A DNA stretch of 64,000 nucleotides, taken from positions 9,471 through 73,470 of IMG/VR virus record IMGVR_UViG_3300026484_000065; one strand, written 5' to 3'. Within the stretch, counting starts at the first letter, position 1. The number at the start of each line of letters is the position of its first letter. Positions 46,693 through 55,963 of this stretch are shown here, in pieces. The notes below the pieces were generated by a model. The model ran no database searches, was not told the origin of the DNA, and was given only the letters and a program-made list of their open reading frames with translations. The position numbers and the translations under genes were made by a program. This DNA is from a virus.

Positions 46693-48555
46693 ATGAATAT
46701 CAGTGGAGGATGGAAGGCTTTCAATAAGAAGTTTGGATTGTTTCAAAATAAAAAGAAAACAATCCTTGCTTCTTCTTTTGTACCACTCTTTGATGAGTCA
46801 GCGACAGCAGGCAAGATGCTGTCAAATAAGATTATTGAAGGTGATGATAGCACGAAAGTGCTAGTTGGTACTTTTATGCAGGAGGCGTCAAACAATAATC
46901 CAAAAAGGATTGACTCTTTGAAACCTATATACACTTGGGACAATGCCACTAGTCAAGCAAACAAAGGGTTTTACACGTTAAGAAAAGATAATCAATACTT
47001 GGATGTGTTTGAGAAAATGTACTATAGAGCATATGTCAAGAAGGCTACAAATGTCTATAGAGATATAGAAGATACAGAAGAGGTTGAAGAGCATCAACTT
47101 AGAGTAAAATTTATTCTTTCTATGCTTGAATCAAATAACTCAAACGAGCAGAGTGTAAAGATAAAATCATCGCTAAAAGAATACAATTACAATGTGTACC
47201 AATACAAATGTAAATGTGATGATGATACATTTTATAGTCCAATACTAGATGGTGATTATATAAAGACAAGAAATGGTGACTATTATGCATCAATAGAGAT
47301 AGCATTTGATATTGATGGCAATGAAGAATATATCCTATTTAAAGATGGTGATTGCTTTTTTGATATTGGTACTATCCCAACTAAATTTTCAAATTACCAT
47401 GTAGAATTCGACGGATTGGTACATGAATATAGTATTAGTACTGCTGCACATAGAGATCTTGCTTCTAACTACTTCATCCAGCCAACAAGTCTTTTTCTTC
47501 CAGTAAAAGTTGAATCAACTGATTTTATTATAAAACCTGGTACGCAATATTCAGCGTATTTAAAATCGCTTGGTATAGATATCAACAACATGGCTGGTAT
47601 CCTTGAAGATGACAAAATTAAATATGCATTTATTACATATGCAGCGAAGAAAGATGATCCGTTAATTGAAAAGACTCTTGGTGCAACATATGATAATTTA
47701 ATTGGGTACACAGAACTATTCAATCTTGTTGGCAAGCCAGAAAATTTTGAAAGCTACTTTGCTGCAAGGTTTTATGTTGACGATGGTGATGTTAAGTGTA
47801 AAGTTCACAACTTGTTTTTGCCAGGTTCTGGTCCTGCGGAGGTTATTGTCGATAGAGTACCAATTCCAGTACCAACATATAACTCTGGGTTTTACAAAAT
47901 ATCATCATCTGTATATGGCAATGAAAATACAGTACCAAACAATACATTTTCGTTAACAGATTTTAGACTTAAGAATTTATGTTTGTATGTAGTTACAGAA
48001 GAGGAAGTTGATATATCTTTTATGGCAACAGCTGATGGTAGAGCGTTCCAGTTTGCACTTTCAAGCGTTGGTACTATTGCCGCATTAGCATCTGGAAATC
48101 CATATTTAGCGGCAATGGCCCTAACAGGAATGATGGCCAACCAATACAGAACTGAGATGCATAGTAATGATTACAGTAATTTACAGATAGGGCTAACTAT
48201 AGCCTCGCTTGGTGCAGGTGGATACTCTATATATAAGCAAGGCTTTAATATGTCATCAGCCATACATGCGGGAAACATGGCGGTAGATGTGTACAGTATT
48301 TATACAGAACAAATGTTTAACGATAAGTTTAAAAAACAGCTAACTGAAAAAAAAGAAATAGAAAAGGAAGACAGAGACCTTCAAAGAGAACTCGATGAAC
48401 TGCTAAATCCTTTTATGTTAAGCCCATTTAAAAAAATAGATACTTATTTCGACACTGTATTTGAGCTGCCTTCCATTACGACATCTATTCCTGATATAAT
48501 GTTGCAATTACCTAAAGCGGAGATAAATGATGAGCAAGTTAAAAAACTCTATTGA
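46693..48555 (+). CDS. virion structural/tail protein (possibly N4 gp53-like)
   Basis: 620 aa, follows the gp54-like gene, C-terminal hydrophobic Gly/Ala helices. Confidence 0.5.
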   Translation: MNISGGWKAFNKKFGLFQNKKKTILASSFVPLFDESATAGKMLSNKIIEGDDSTKVLVGTFMQEASNNNPKRIDSLKPIYTWDNATSQANKGFYTLRKDNQYLDVFEKMYYRAYVKKATNVYRDIEDTEEVEEHQLRVKFILSMLESNNSNEQSVKIKSSLKEYNYNVYQYKCKCDDDTFYSPILDGDYIKTRNGDYYASIEIAFDIDGNEEYILFKDGDCFFDIGTIPTKFSNYHVEFDGLVHEYSISTAAHRDLASNYFIQPTSLFLPVKVESTDFIIKPGTQYSAYLKSLGIDINNMAGILEDDKIKYAFITYAAKKDDPLIEKTLGATYDNLIGYTELFNLVGKPENFESYFAARFYVDDGDVKCKVHNLFLPGSGPAEVIVDRVPIPVPTYNSGFYKISSSVYGNENTVPNNTFSLTDFRLKNLCLYVVTEEEVDISFMATADGRAFQFALSSVGTIAALASGNPYLAAMALTGMMANQYRTEMHSNDYSNLQIGLTIASLGAGGYSIYKQGFNMSSAIHAGNMAVDVYSIYTEQMFNDKFKKQLTEKKEIEKEDRDLQRELDELLNPFMLSPFKKIDTYFDTVFELPSITTSIPDIMLQLPKAEINDEQVKKLY

Positions 48556-50467
48556 AAATATGAGTCACGAAGAACAACTAAAAATAGTTGACACTCTCTC
48601 TAAGGATTTGAGAGATTGTCTTCCAGTAAAAACTGAGATTGATAAATATGTGTCAGATATGAGAGACATTTATGAAGGAAGATTAGATACCAAAACAGGT
48701 GTATCTAACTATATAAGCAGAGATGTGTTTAAGCAGATTGAATGGGCAAAAGCTCAATATAAAAATCCTTTTATTTCTAATGATACAATCGTTAGATTGC
48801 AGCCAAATGCTATGTCAAAAAGAGACCAAACTGTTCAAACAGAAAAGTTAGTTAACCACTTCTATATTAAAAAGTTTGATAGATATAACTTTATGACAGA
48901 CTATCTTGACGCTCTACTCATTGATGGTACTACAGTGATAAGAACTGGTTGGGATTACGAGAGCGAAACAAAGATTGTTCAAGAGGAAGTTAAAGACCCA
49001 TTGACAAATCAAGTGATAGATATAGCCGAAACAGAAGTTGAAGTACCAATAGTGAATGTACCAACATCAGAACTATATAAAATAGAAAACTGTTTTATAG
49101 ATCCAACAGCAACAAAAAATAGTGAGATAACTTTTATTGGTACTAAGAAAGAAGTATCAATTAATGAATTGGAAAAAGATGGAATCTATTTCAACCTAGA
49201 TAAAATAAACAAAGACCATAACGATTTGATATCTCAGACAGCAACAACATCTGTGTTTGATTTGGAATTCAATAGAGATAATCTAATTTCAAACTTTGAA
49301 GATGACAAACGTAAAAAGTTATCTATGTATGAATATTGGGGTACTGTTGAACTAGATGGTGAGCTTCATAATATTGTTGCTTGCTTTATTGGTACTACAT
49401 TAATAAGGCTAGATGAAAATCCATATCCAGATGGAAAGATACCTTTTATAATCAATCAATGCTACAGACAGCCGCACACGTTATATGGTAAAAGTATGGT
49501 AGATATGCTTAGTGATTATCAATATGTGAAGACTGCCCTGTATAGGGGAATCTTTGACAATATCGCTTTATCCAATAGCACACAAATAGGAATCCCAAAA
49601 GGCATGCTATCTCCTAAAGAAGAAGAGAGATATATTGATGGAAAAGTGTTTCATTTTAATGGAAGCAACTTTACTCCATACAAAGGGCAATACAACAGAA
49701 TTCCAAACGAAGTATTTGGAATGCTTGATAAGATAGATACTGAATCAAACTTAACTTCAGGTGTGGTACCAGCTCAAGGAGGGCAAGGCTCACAAGGAAT
49801 CTATGGTTCTCAAGCAGGAAAAGCTGGACAGCTAAATTCCTTAGCATTAAGAGAATTAGACATGGTCATTAATATATCCGACAATCTAATCAAGCCAATG
49901 TTCAGAAAATGGATTGGGTACATGTATGAGTATATGGACAGAAACCAAATAGAGGATATTACAGGTGTTGATTATGTTGATGTTGAGAAAGATTATTCTG
50001 AGCACAGAAACGACTTCATGATTGATATTAGTACCCAACATACAGATGAAGTTAAAGCGAGCGAATTGTCATTCCTTCTTCAAACACTTGGACAATCAAT
50101 GCCTGAAGAACTAACTAGATTGATTATGAGTGAAATAGTTAGACTTAAAAAGATGCCTGATTTTGCTGAGACTATTAAGCAGTATCAACCAGAGCCTGAT
50201 CCTTTTGAGCAGCAAATGAAACAACTTGAACTTCAAAAGCTTCAAGCTGAAATACAAGCAATAGGTTCTTCTATTCAGTCTGGACAAGCAGATGCTAATC
50301 TTAAAGCAGCTAAAGCTAGAGAGGCAGAAGCAAAAGCAATTGATACAAATATATCTGCGGTTAGAAAGAAATATGGTATTGATGCAAAAGAACAAAGAGA
50401 GGTTATAACAGCTAAAGCAAATGCTGATAGAGATAACCTAATCACTAAAGCTGCCTATTCAGGTTAG
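48527..50467 (+). CDS. portal protein (N4 gp59-like)
   Basis: KQIEW, DGTTVIRTGW, YEYWG, IRLDENPYPDGKIPF, ELSFLLQTLG, YQPEPDP. Confidence 0.93.
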   Translation: MMSKLKNSIENMSHEEQLKIVDTLSKDLRDCLPVKTEIDKYVSDMRDIYEGRLDTKTGVSNYISRDVFKQIEWAKAQYKNPFISNDTIVRLQPNAMSKRDQTVQTEKLVNHFYIKKFDRYNFMTDYLDALLIDGTTVIRTGWDYESETKIVQEEVKDPLTNQVIDIAETEVEVPIVNVPTSELYKIENCFIDPTATKNSEITFIGTKKEVSINELEKDGIYFNLDKINKDHNDLISQTATTSVFDLEFNRDNLISNFEDDKRKKLSMYEYWGTVELDGELHNIVACFIGTTLIRLDENPYPDGKIPFIINQCYRQPHTLYGKSMVDMLSDYQYVKTALYRGIFDNIALSNSTQIGIPKGMLSPKEEERYIDGKVFHFNGSNFTPYKGQYNRIPNEVFGMLDKIDTESNLTSGVVPAQGGQGSQGIYGSQAGKAGQLNSLALRELDMVINISDNLIKPMFRKWIGYMYEYMDRNQIEDITGVDYVDVEKDYSEHRNDFMIDISTQHTDEVKASELSFLLQTLGQSMPEELTRLIMSEIVRLKKMPDFAETIKQYQPEPDPFEQQMKQLELQKLQAEIQAIGSSIQSGQADANLKAAKAREAEAKAIDTNISAVRKKYGIDAKEQREVITAKANADRDNLITKAAYSG

Positions 50468-50526
50468 CTTTAATTTATTTTTTATGGTACTATTTTAGAC
50501 GAACATTAAAACACAGGAGAAGAAAA

Positions 50527-50799
50527 ATGAATAATGTTAACGAGATCAATGAGTTTAAAGCTGCGATAGGTGAAGCTGAGTACAATGAACAAGAGAAGTT
50601 ATTAGCTGAGGCGTTAGTGCGTTTAGACGACAATGAAGATTTTAAATTATTAGTTGATACATACACTAAAGACTTAGTAATGGATTCTGCACAGTTGGCT
50701 TCTTTAGCTCCAGATCAAAGACCTCAACACTTTGAGACAATCCTAAATGCAATGGCATTCAAAAACTATCTTGAAAATATTAGATACGTTTTAAGATAG
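50527..50799 (+). CDS. N4 gp58-like protein
   Basis: ALVRLDDNEDFKLL motif, between portal and gp57-like gene. Confidence 0.7.
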   Translation: MNNVNEINEFKAAIGEAEYNEQEKLLAEALVRLDDNEDFKLLVDTYTKDLVMDSAQLASLAPDQRPQHFETILNAMAFKNYLENIRYVLR

Positions 50800-50812
50800 G
50801 CAGGGTTCTACA

Positions 50813-51844
50813 ATGTCTAAACCAATTAAGCTTGATAGTATTGATGATAACGCTTTATCTAGTGAAGAAGCTTCACTAGATAGAATGGATGACATAGGTG
50901 ATTCTGAATATGAAGATGACTCTATTGAGTACCAACAAGAAGAAACTACTGAAGATGAAGAAGAGTTTGGTACTGAAGATGAAAGCGAATATGAAGATGA
51001 AGAATCTGAAGAGGAACCTGAAAAAGAGGAAGAGTCTACTGAAGAATTAGAACCTGAATCTGACGATGAGCCTGATACTGAAGTGGTACCAAAAAGAACT
51101 ATCATTGTAGACGGTAAAGAGATTGAGATTGATTCAGAAGAAGAGCTTGTTAAATTGGCTGAAACTGGATTAAAGACAAAGTCTAAATATGACAAAAGCA
51201 AAGAAGACATAGCTATCCTTGAGGGGATTAGAGAACAGGGATTATCTGAGCAAGACTTATATTTACTTGTTGAAGCTAAAAAAGGAAATCCAAAAGCATT
51301 AGCCAAGCTGCTAAAAGATTCAGAAGTATCATTAGATGATATAGAAGATGTGGATCCAGAGGATTATGTTCCAAACGAATATAAAGCTGATCAAAATGTG
51401 ATTGAAGTAAAATCAATCCTAAGTGATATTGAAAAGTCTAAAAACTACGATACTTTCGAAGGTCTAATCAAACAAGATTTTGACTCTGAATCAAAAAGAA
51501 AACTATTTGAAAACCCAGATGCATTAAAATATGTTGCAGATATGGTTGATACTGGTATCTTTGACAAGATCTCTGGACAGTACACAAAGAATAAACTTCT
51601 TGGTGCTAACAGCCTTGATGCATTAGTTAGTGCTTATGATGCTTATAGAGAAGAGTACCAAAGCACACAAAAGAAGCAAATCAGCAAGAAGAAGAAAGCT
51701 TCTGATGATAAAGCTATTAAACGCAAAAAAGCTTCTGTTGGTACCAAAGGCAGAAAACCAGCAAGTACCAAAGTAAAGTCTGTTGAAGAGATGACAGATG
51801 AAGAATTTGAAGCATATTATAAAAATGTAACAGAACAATTTTAG
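50813..51844 (+). CDS. N4 gp57-like scaffold protein
   Basis: Very acidic N-terminus, KKGNPKALAKLLKDS, C-terminal MTDEEFE. Confidence 0.8.
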   Translation: MSKPIKLDSIDDNALSSEEASLDRMDDIGDSEYEDDSIEYQQEETTEDEEEFGTEDESEYEDEESEEEPEKEEESTEELEPESDDEPDTEVVPKRTIIVDGKEIEIDSEEELVKLAETGLKTKSKYDKSKEDIAILEGIREQGLSEQDLYLLVEAKKGNPKALAKLLKDSEVSLDDIEDVDPEDYVPNEYKADQNVIEVKSILSDIEKSKNYDTFEGLIKQDFDSESKRKLFENPDALKYVADMVDTGIFDKISGQYTKNKLLGANSLDALVSAYDAYREEYQSTQKKQISKKKKASDDKAIKRKKASVGTKGRKPASTKVKSVEEMTDEEFEAYYKNVTEQF

Positions 51845-51930
51845 TTTCTAGTACCATCTACGGATGGTACAATGAAGCTAAGCTTTTAGTTAAGTTTCAA
51901 AAAATAAAATAAAATTTGGAGGTAGTCACA

Positions 51931-53151
51931 ATGGCTATTTACGTATACTCAAAGGATAGTACTAGCGGTAATAGTACACAAGGTATGCAAGTACAGACTT
52001 TTTACTCAAGAATTGCTAGAAGAACAATCGATCAAGATTTTAGCTTTTCTAAATTCTGTAACTTTCAAGACATGATGAAACAAAAGTCAGGTGAGACTTT
52101 TAAAGTTTCTACTTACTATTGGTCAATCTATAGAAATGTTGTTGCTGATGATGGATCTTATGCTGGTGTAGATGGTGGTTATATTTCTGCACGTGATATG
52201 AAAGATATTGATAGCAAACTTCAAAGTATGACTGTAACTCAAGAAGGTGTTTATAACAAGTCAGACATCTACCAACTTGGTACATTCCGTAAAGTTACTT
52301 TTGAAACACGCATGAAGAAATTTGCTGGTATCGTAGAATTAACAGAAGATGCAGAAACTTACTCTGAAGATGCAGTTAGAGCTCTTACAATTGAAGATGT
52401 TACTAAGCAAATGAACCTTGCTTACAATGACTTAATTATGAAAGATATTTTATCTTCTACGTTCAAAGTTTACGGTGGGGATGCAACATCTCGTGGTGAT
52501 CTTGGTGGTACTGACGATAGCACTGCTAAAAACTATAGATTAACAGAAGCACTAACTACTAAAGTCTATGGTACTCTAATTGAGAACAAAGCTAAACCTA
52601 TGGCACGCATTATTGCTGGTCAAAACAAAATTGGAACTAAGCCAGTACCAAAATCATTCTATGTAGTTGTTGGTACACGTATGCATAATGCATTAATCAA
52701 TAAAGATTTATTCCCTGAATTCCAATCTTTTGAAGAGTACCCAGACCCTTCAGTTCGCATGGTGATGGATGGACTTGAAGAAATCGGACGTATTGGACGT
52801 TTCCGCATTTTATTCTCTGAACTACTACCTGAGTACAAGCACCAGGGACATTTAGTTAACGATGATGGTGAGAACCAATCAAACACTTGTTGGTCATCAC
52901 AAGACGAGGACGATGATGATAAATGGAAATATGATGTTGCTCCTATCGTTGTAATGTCTCAAGATGCTATTTCTACTGTTGGTTTACAAGGTAAAACAAA
53001 ACATATGATTTATACTCAATTCCCTGAGCAAATTGACGGTACAAACCCAATTGGTGAACGTGGTTATATTGCATTCAAATTCCGTTATGCATCTGTAATT
53101 ACTAAACCTGAATCTCTTGCTGTTATGGAAGTTGTAACTCCTATCGCATAA
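51931..53151 (+). CDS. major capsid protein (N4 gp56-like); start ATG 51931
   Basis: GGAGG RBS; VYGGDATS, EIGRIGRFRI, KYDVAPIVV, STVGLQG, NPIGERGY; biased codon usage. Confidence 0.93.
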   Translation: MAIYVYSKDSTSGNSTQGMQVQTFYSRIARRTIDQDFSFSKFCNFQDMMKQKSGETFKVSTYYWSIYRNVVADDGSYAGVDGGYISARDMKDIDSKLQSMTVTQEGVYNKSDIYQLGTFRKVTFETRMKKFAGIVELTEDAETYSEDAVRALTIEDVTKQMNLAYNDLIMKDILSSTFKVYGGDATSRGDLGGTDDSTAKNYRLTEALTTKVYGTLIENKAKPMARIIAGQNKIGTKPVPKSFYVVVGTRMHNALINKDLFPEFQSFEEYPDPSVRMVMDGLEEIGRIGRFRILFSELLPEYKHQGHLVNDDGENQSNTCWSSQDEDDDDKWKYDVAPIVVMSQDAISTVGLQGKTKHMIYTQFPEQIDGTNPIGERGYIAFKFRYASVITKPESLAVMEVVTPIA

Positions 53152-53165
53152 CATCTCAGAGTAAC

Positions 53166-53200
53166 TTAGTGCCTATTCATTCTCCTGTGGTAGGCACTAA
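53166..53200 (+). terminator. hairpin after the capsid gene
   Basis: ttagtgccta...taggcactaa; weak U-tract. Confidence 0.45.
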
Positions 53201-53213
53201 TGAAAAAGTTTTA

Positions 53214-53222
53214 TGATATAAT
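53214..53222 (+). promoter_or_regulatory. extended -10 late promoter
   Basis: TGATATAAT upstream of the CAGGAG RBS; related boxes at 50485 (TGGTACTAT), 51865 (TGGTACAAT), 54189 (AGATATAAT). Confidence 0.65.
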
Positions 53223-53254
53223 CTGCAAATCATAAAACAACAGGAGATCCAAAT

Positions 53255-53686
53255 ATGGAAACAAAAAAACTACAAAAACTCACACTTGGCGAACTAAGAA
53301 CAGAATGTACAAAAGAAGGTATTGAATTTACAGACAAAGATACTAGAGCTGTTTTAATTGCAAAGCTATCAGAAGACAGAAGTCACAAAGTAAAAAATGC
53401 TGGTGGAATTGCATCAGTACAGGAAAGATTCAAAAAGAAAGTAAAAATTATTGTTACAAGAATGAATCCAGAAGATTCTAGAGATTCTTACATGCATACA
53501 ATTATTAATCAGTATGGTACTTTTAGATTTCCTATTACATTTAACAAAGAAATTGAAGTTCCTGAGCCATTCGTTAAGTCTCTTGAAGAAATAACTTATC
53601 AAGGGTACAGAAAAGTTACTACAAAAATGGGTGTGTTTGATGAAGCTTTTACAGCTCCTGCGTTCATTGTAAAAGTTATGGGATAA
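53255..53686 (+). CDS. N4 gp55-like protein
   Basis: N-terminal SAP/HeH-like helices, VKIIVTRMNP; follows the capsid gene. Confidence 0.7.
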   Translation: METKKLQKLTLGELRTECTKEGIEFTDKDTRAVLIAKLSEDRSHKVKNAGGIASVQERFKKKVKIIVTRMNPEDSRDSYMHTIINQYGTFRFPITFNKEIEVPEPFVKSLEEITYQGYRKVTTKMGVFDEAFTAPAFIVKVMG

Positions 53687-53691
53687 GAGCA

Positions 53692-54189
53692 ATGAGCTTT
53701 CCAGAAGATGAAAACTTTGATTCATTATTCAATAAAGGGCTAAACAAATCAAGTCCTATTGGATTCACTGGAACAAATGGATCAGAATACACACAATTGG
53801 CAAATATAGATAATTACAATACAGAGGAATTAAGAAACCTTGTTGAAGACTATAGAAAACAAGGAATTAGTACCACAATTATAGGCAATAAGCTATATAA
53901 TAAAAAAGAATTAGGTTTCCTTGATAAATACGGACAAGGGATCAAGCTAGGCCTAGGAGCAGCAAATCTTGGATTCAATGTATTCCAAACAGGTGTTAAC
54001 ACAGCTCTTAAGAAAAGAGAGCTATCTGCAATAGAAGACGCCAATGCTCAAGGTTGGGAAAATGTAGATCTTAAAAAACAAGAGCTAAATAGACTTCATG
54101 AAGTTATTGCAAGAAACGATGCAAAGATTTCAGGAAAACCTCAACGTAAAGTTAAAAAATATAAACTTCATTCAGAAAAAACAAACTAA
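53692..54189 (+). CDS. virion protein (N4 gp52-like ejection protein)
   Basis: 165 aa, Gly-rich amphipathic helix then coiled coil; synteny. Confidence 0.55.
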   Translation: MSFPEDENFDSLFNKGLNKSSPIGFTGTNGSEYTQLANIDNYNTEELRNLVEDYRKQGISTTIIGNKLYNKKELGFLDKYGQGIKLGLGAANLGFNVFQTGVNTALKKRELSAIEDANAQGWENVDLKKQELNRLHEVIARNDAKISGKPQRKVKKYKLHSEKTN

Positions 54190-54228
54190 GATATAATAAC
54201 ACTCATATTAAACACAAAGGAAACAAAT

Positions 54229-55962
54229 ATGAGTGTTATATCATACAAAGACCTCAAACCCTCAGCAAATGTAAATTCAGCAGTAGCAAATATAATCAAT
54301 GCATTACCAGACAAGAAAGAATCAAATATTGATTCCATTAATGCAAAATATATGGCAGAACAAGAAAGGCTTATCTCCAAGAAAGCTTCACTTGAGAATA
54401 ATTTGAAATTAGATGGTACCAAAGAAGAGATTATTAAAAGTGATGGTACCTTTAGTGAAAAAAGAGACAAACTAAACAAACTGTATACATCTTATATTTC
54501 AGCTCAAGCAGCAGCAGGAAACACCTCTGATGTAGAAGGTGTAGCTAAAAACCTTAGACATATTATTGACCAAGATATATCAAGAGCTATCTATAAAGAA
54601 GCCGATTCTATGATTGTTAGCAATACAACTTCTGACCCAATTAGTACCAAGCAAAAACTAAATGAATTAAAGAAGAACATACTTATCAATAATACGTATA
54701 AGCCAAAAGAAAAACAAATGATTGTCAAGAGGATTGATGATTATATGGCTGGTACTGATACAAAAGAAATTGTTGGTACTGAATTGCAAAAACTTGGAAA
54801 TAGCTACAAAACAAATGTTCAAGATATAGCTTCAGGCAGTCTTGTTGAAAAGTTGAAGGACCAATATGGCCTAACAGAAAAAGAAGCTGTGACAGCTGCT
54901 AAATCAGCCGTAGATAACAATCCAAAACTTATGGGTGATATCCAAAAGTACCAAGTAAAAAAGGTTGATGAACTATTAAATTCAAAAGACGTAAACACAA
55001 TAAAAGATGTGAATGAATGGCTGAACAAAGAAGGAATAGTTGACAAAAGCCTTAGAGGTTCAATCGTATCTCTCTACTCTAAAACAAAGCAAGAAAAGAA
55101 AAGTATGATTAACCAATCTATTGATTCTTTGCACAAAGCAGAACTTGATGAGTCAGTTGCTGTTGTTGGCGAGGATGATGCATTTGACAAGTTTAAGACT
55201 AAATTTAGTACCAACAATACAAAGACGATGGCAGCTGGAAGCGGTGGTGCTTTCTCGTTTAGTGGAAAAACAAAAGAAATTAAAGACGAAGGAACTTATC
55301 GAAACAGAACGATTAAAGATGTACCAACACTTATGACCATTGGACCATCAGATAAAGCATCTTCGGTGTTAGATAGTTTAAATCCAAATAATAGTAATTC
55401 AATTTCATTCAAAAAGAATCAGTTTAAAAAAGTTAAGAGTGTATATACTAAAGCTATTGCTAAAGCCTCAGACATTATCTCGAATGGTATGTCGCCAACA
55501 AATATAACACCTGATGCATTTAAGAAGGCTATAGGGATAGATAGTAAATACTACAAAACTCTTAGTACCAAACAACAAAAAGAGCTTGATGCTATAGCTA
55601 AATCTTTTGCTGATGTTGCAAAAAAGAAATCAGCAATAATTCATAGTCCAATGATGGTAACAATGAAGAAGAGTGGTCCTATAGAAACAAAGCCAAGAAA
55701 AGATAGACCAAAGCTTGTTGAGTTTGTAAATCATGCAAGAAATAAAGGTATAGACCTTCCAGAGATGGATGATAGCGGCAAGCAATTGTTAAATAAAGCA
55801 ATTAGTCTGTACAATAAAAAAAGATTATCCAAAGCAGAAAAGCAATCAATAGCTTTTGGTGTAAATACTCTTGGCAAAACAGGAAACTCTTTTGAGCCAA
55901 CAGTTGAAAATCTTATGGGTATTCTTCAAGAACTAGAAAAATTAAATAAAGGCGATAAATAA
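54229..55962 (+). CDS. virion protein (N4 gp51-like ejection protein)
   Basis: 577 aa, no Cys in the translation, immediately upstream of vRNAP. Confidence 0.6.
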   Translation: MSVISYKDLKPSANVNSAVANIINALPDKKESNIDSINAKYMAEQERLISKKASLENNLKLDGTKEEIIKSDGTFSEKRDKLNKLYTSYISAQAAAGNTSDVEGVAKNLRHIIDQDISRAIYKEADSMIVSNTTSDPISTKQKLNELKKNILINNTYKPKEKQMIVKRIDDYMAGTDTKEIVGTELQKLGNSYKTNVQDIASGSLVEKLKDQYGLTEKEAVTAAKSAVDNNPKLMGDIQKYQVKKVDELLNSKDVNTIKDVNEWLNKEGIVDKSLRGSIVSLYSKTKQEKKSMINQSIDSLHKAELDESVAVVGEDDAFDKFKTKFSTNNTKTMAAGSGGAFSFSGKTKEIKDEGTYRNRTIKDVPTLMTIGPSDKASSVLDSLNPNNSNSISFKKNQFKKVKSVYTKAIAKASDIISNGMSPTNITPDAFKKAIGIDSKYYKTLSTKQQKELDAIAKSFADVAKKKSAIIHSPMMVTMKKSGPIETKPRKDRPKLVEFVNHARNKGIDLPEMDDSGKQLLNKAISLYNKKRLSKAEKQSIAFGVNTLGKTGNSFEPTVENLMGILQELEKLNKGDK

Positions 55963-55963
55963 A

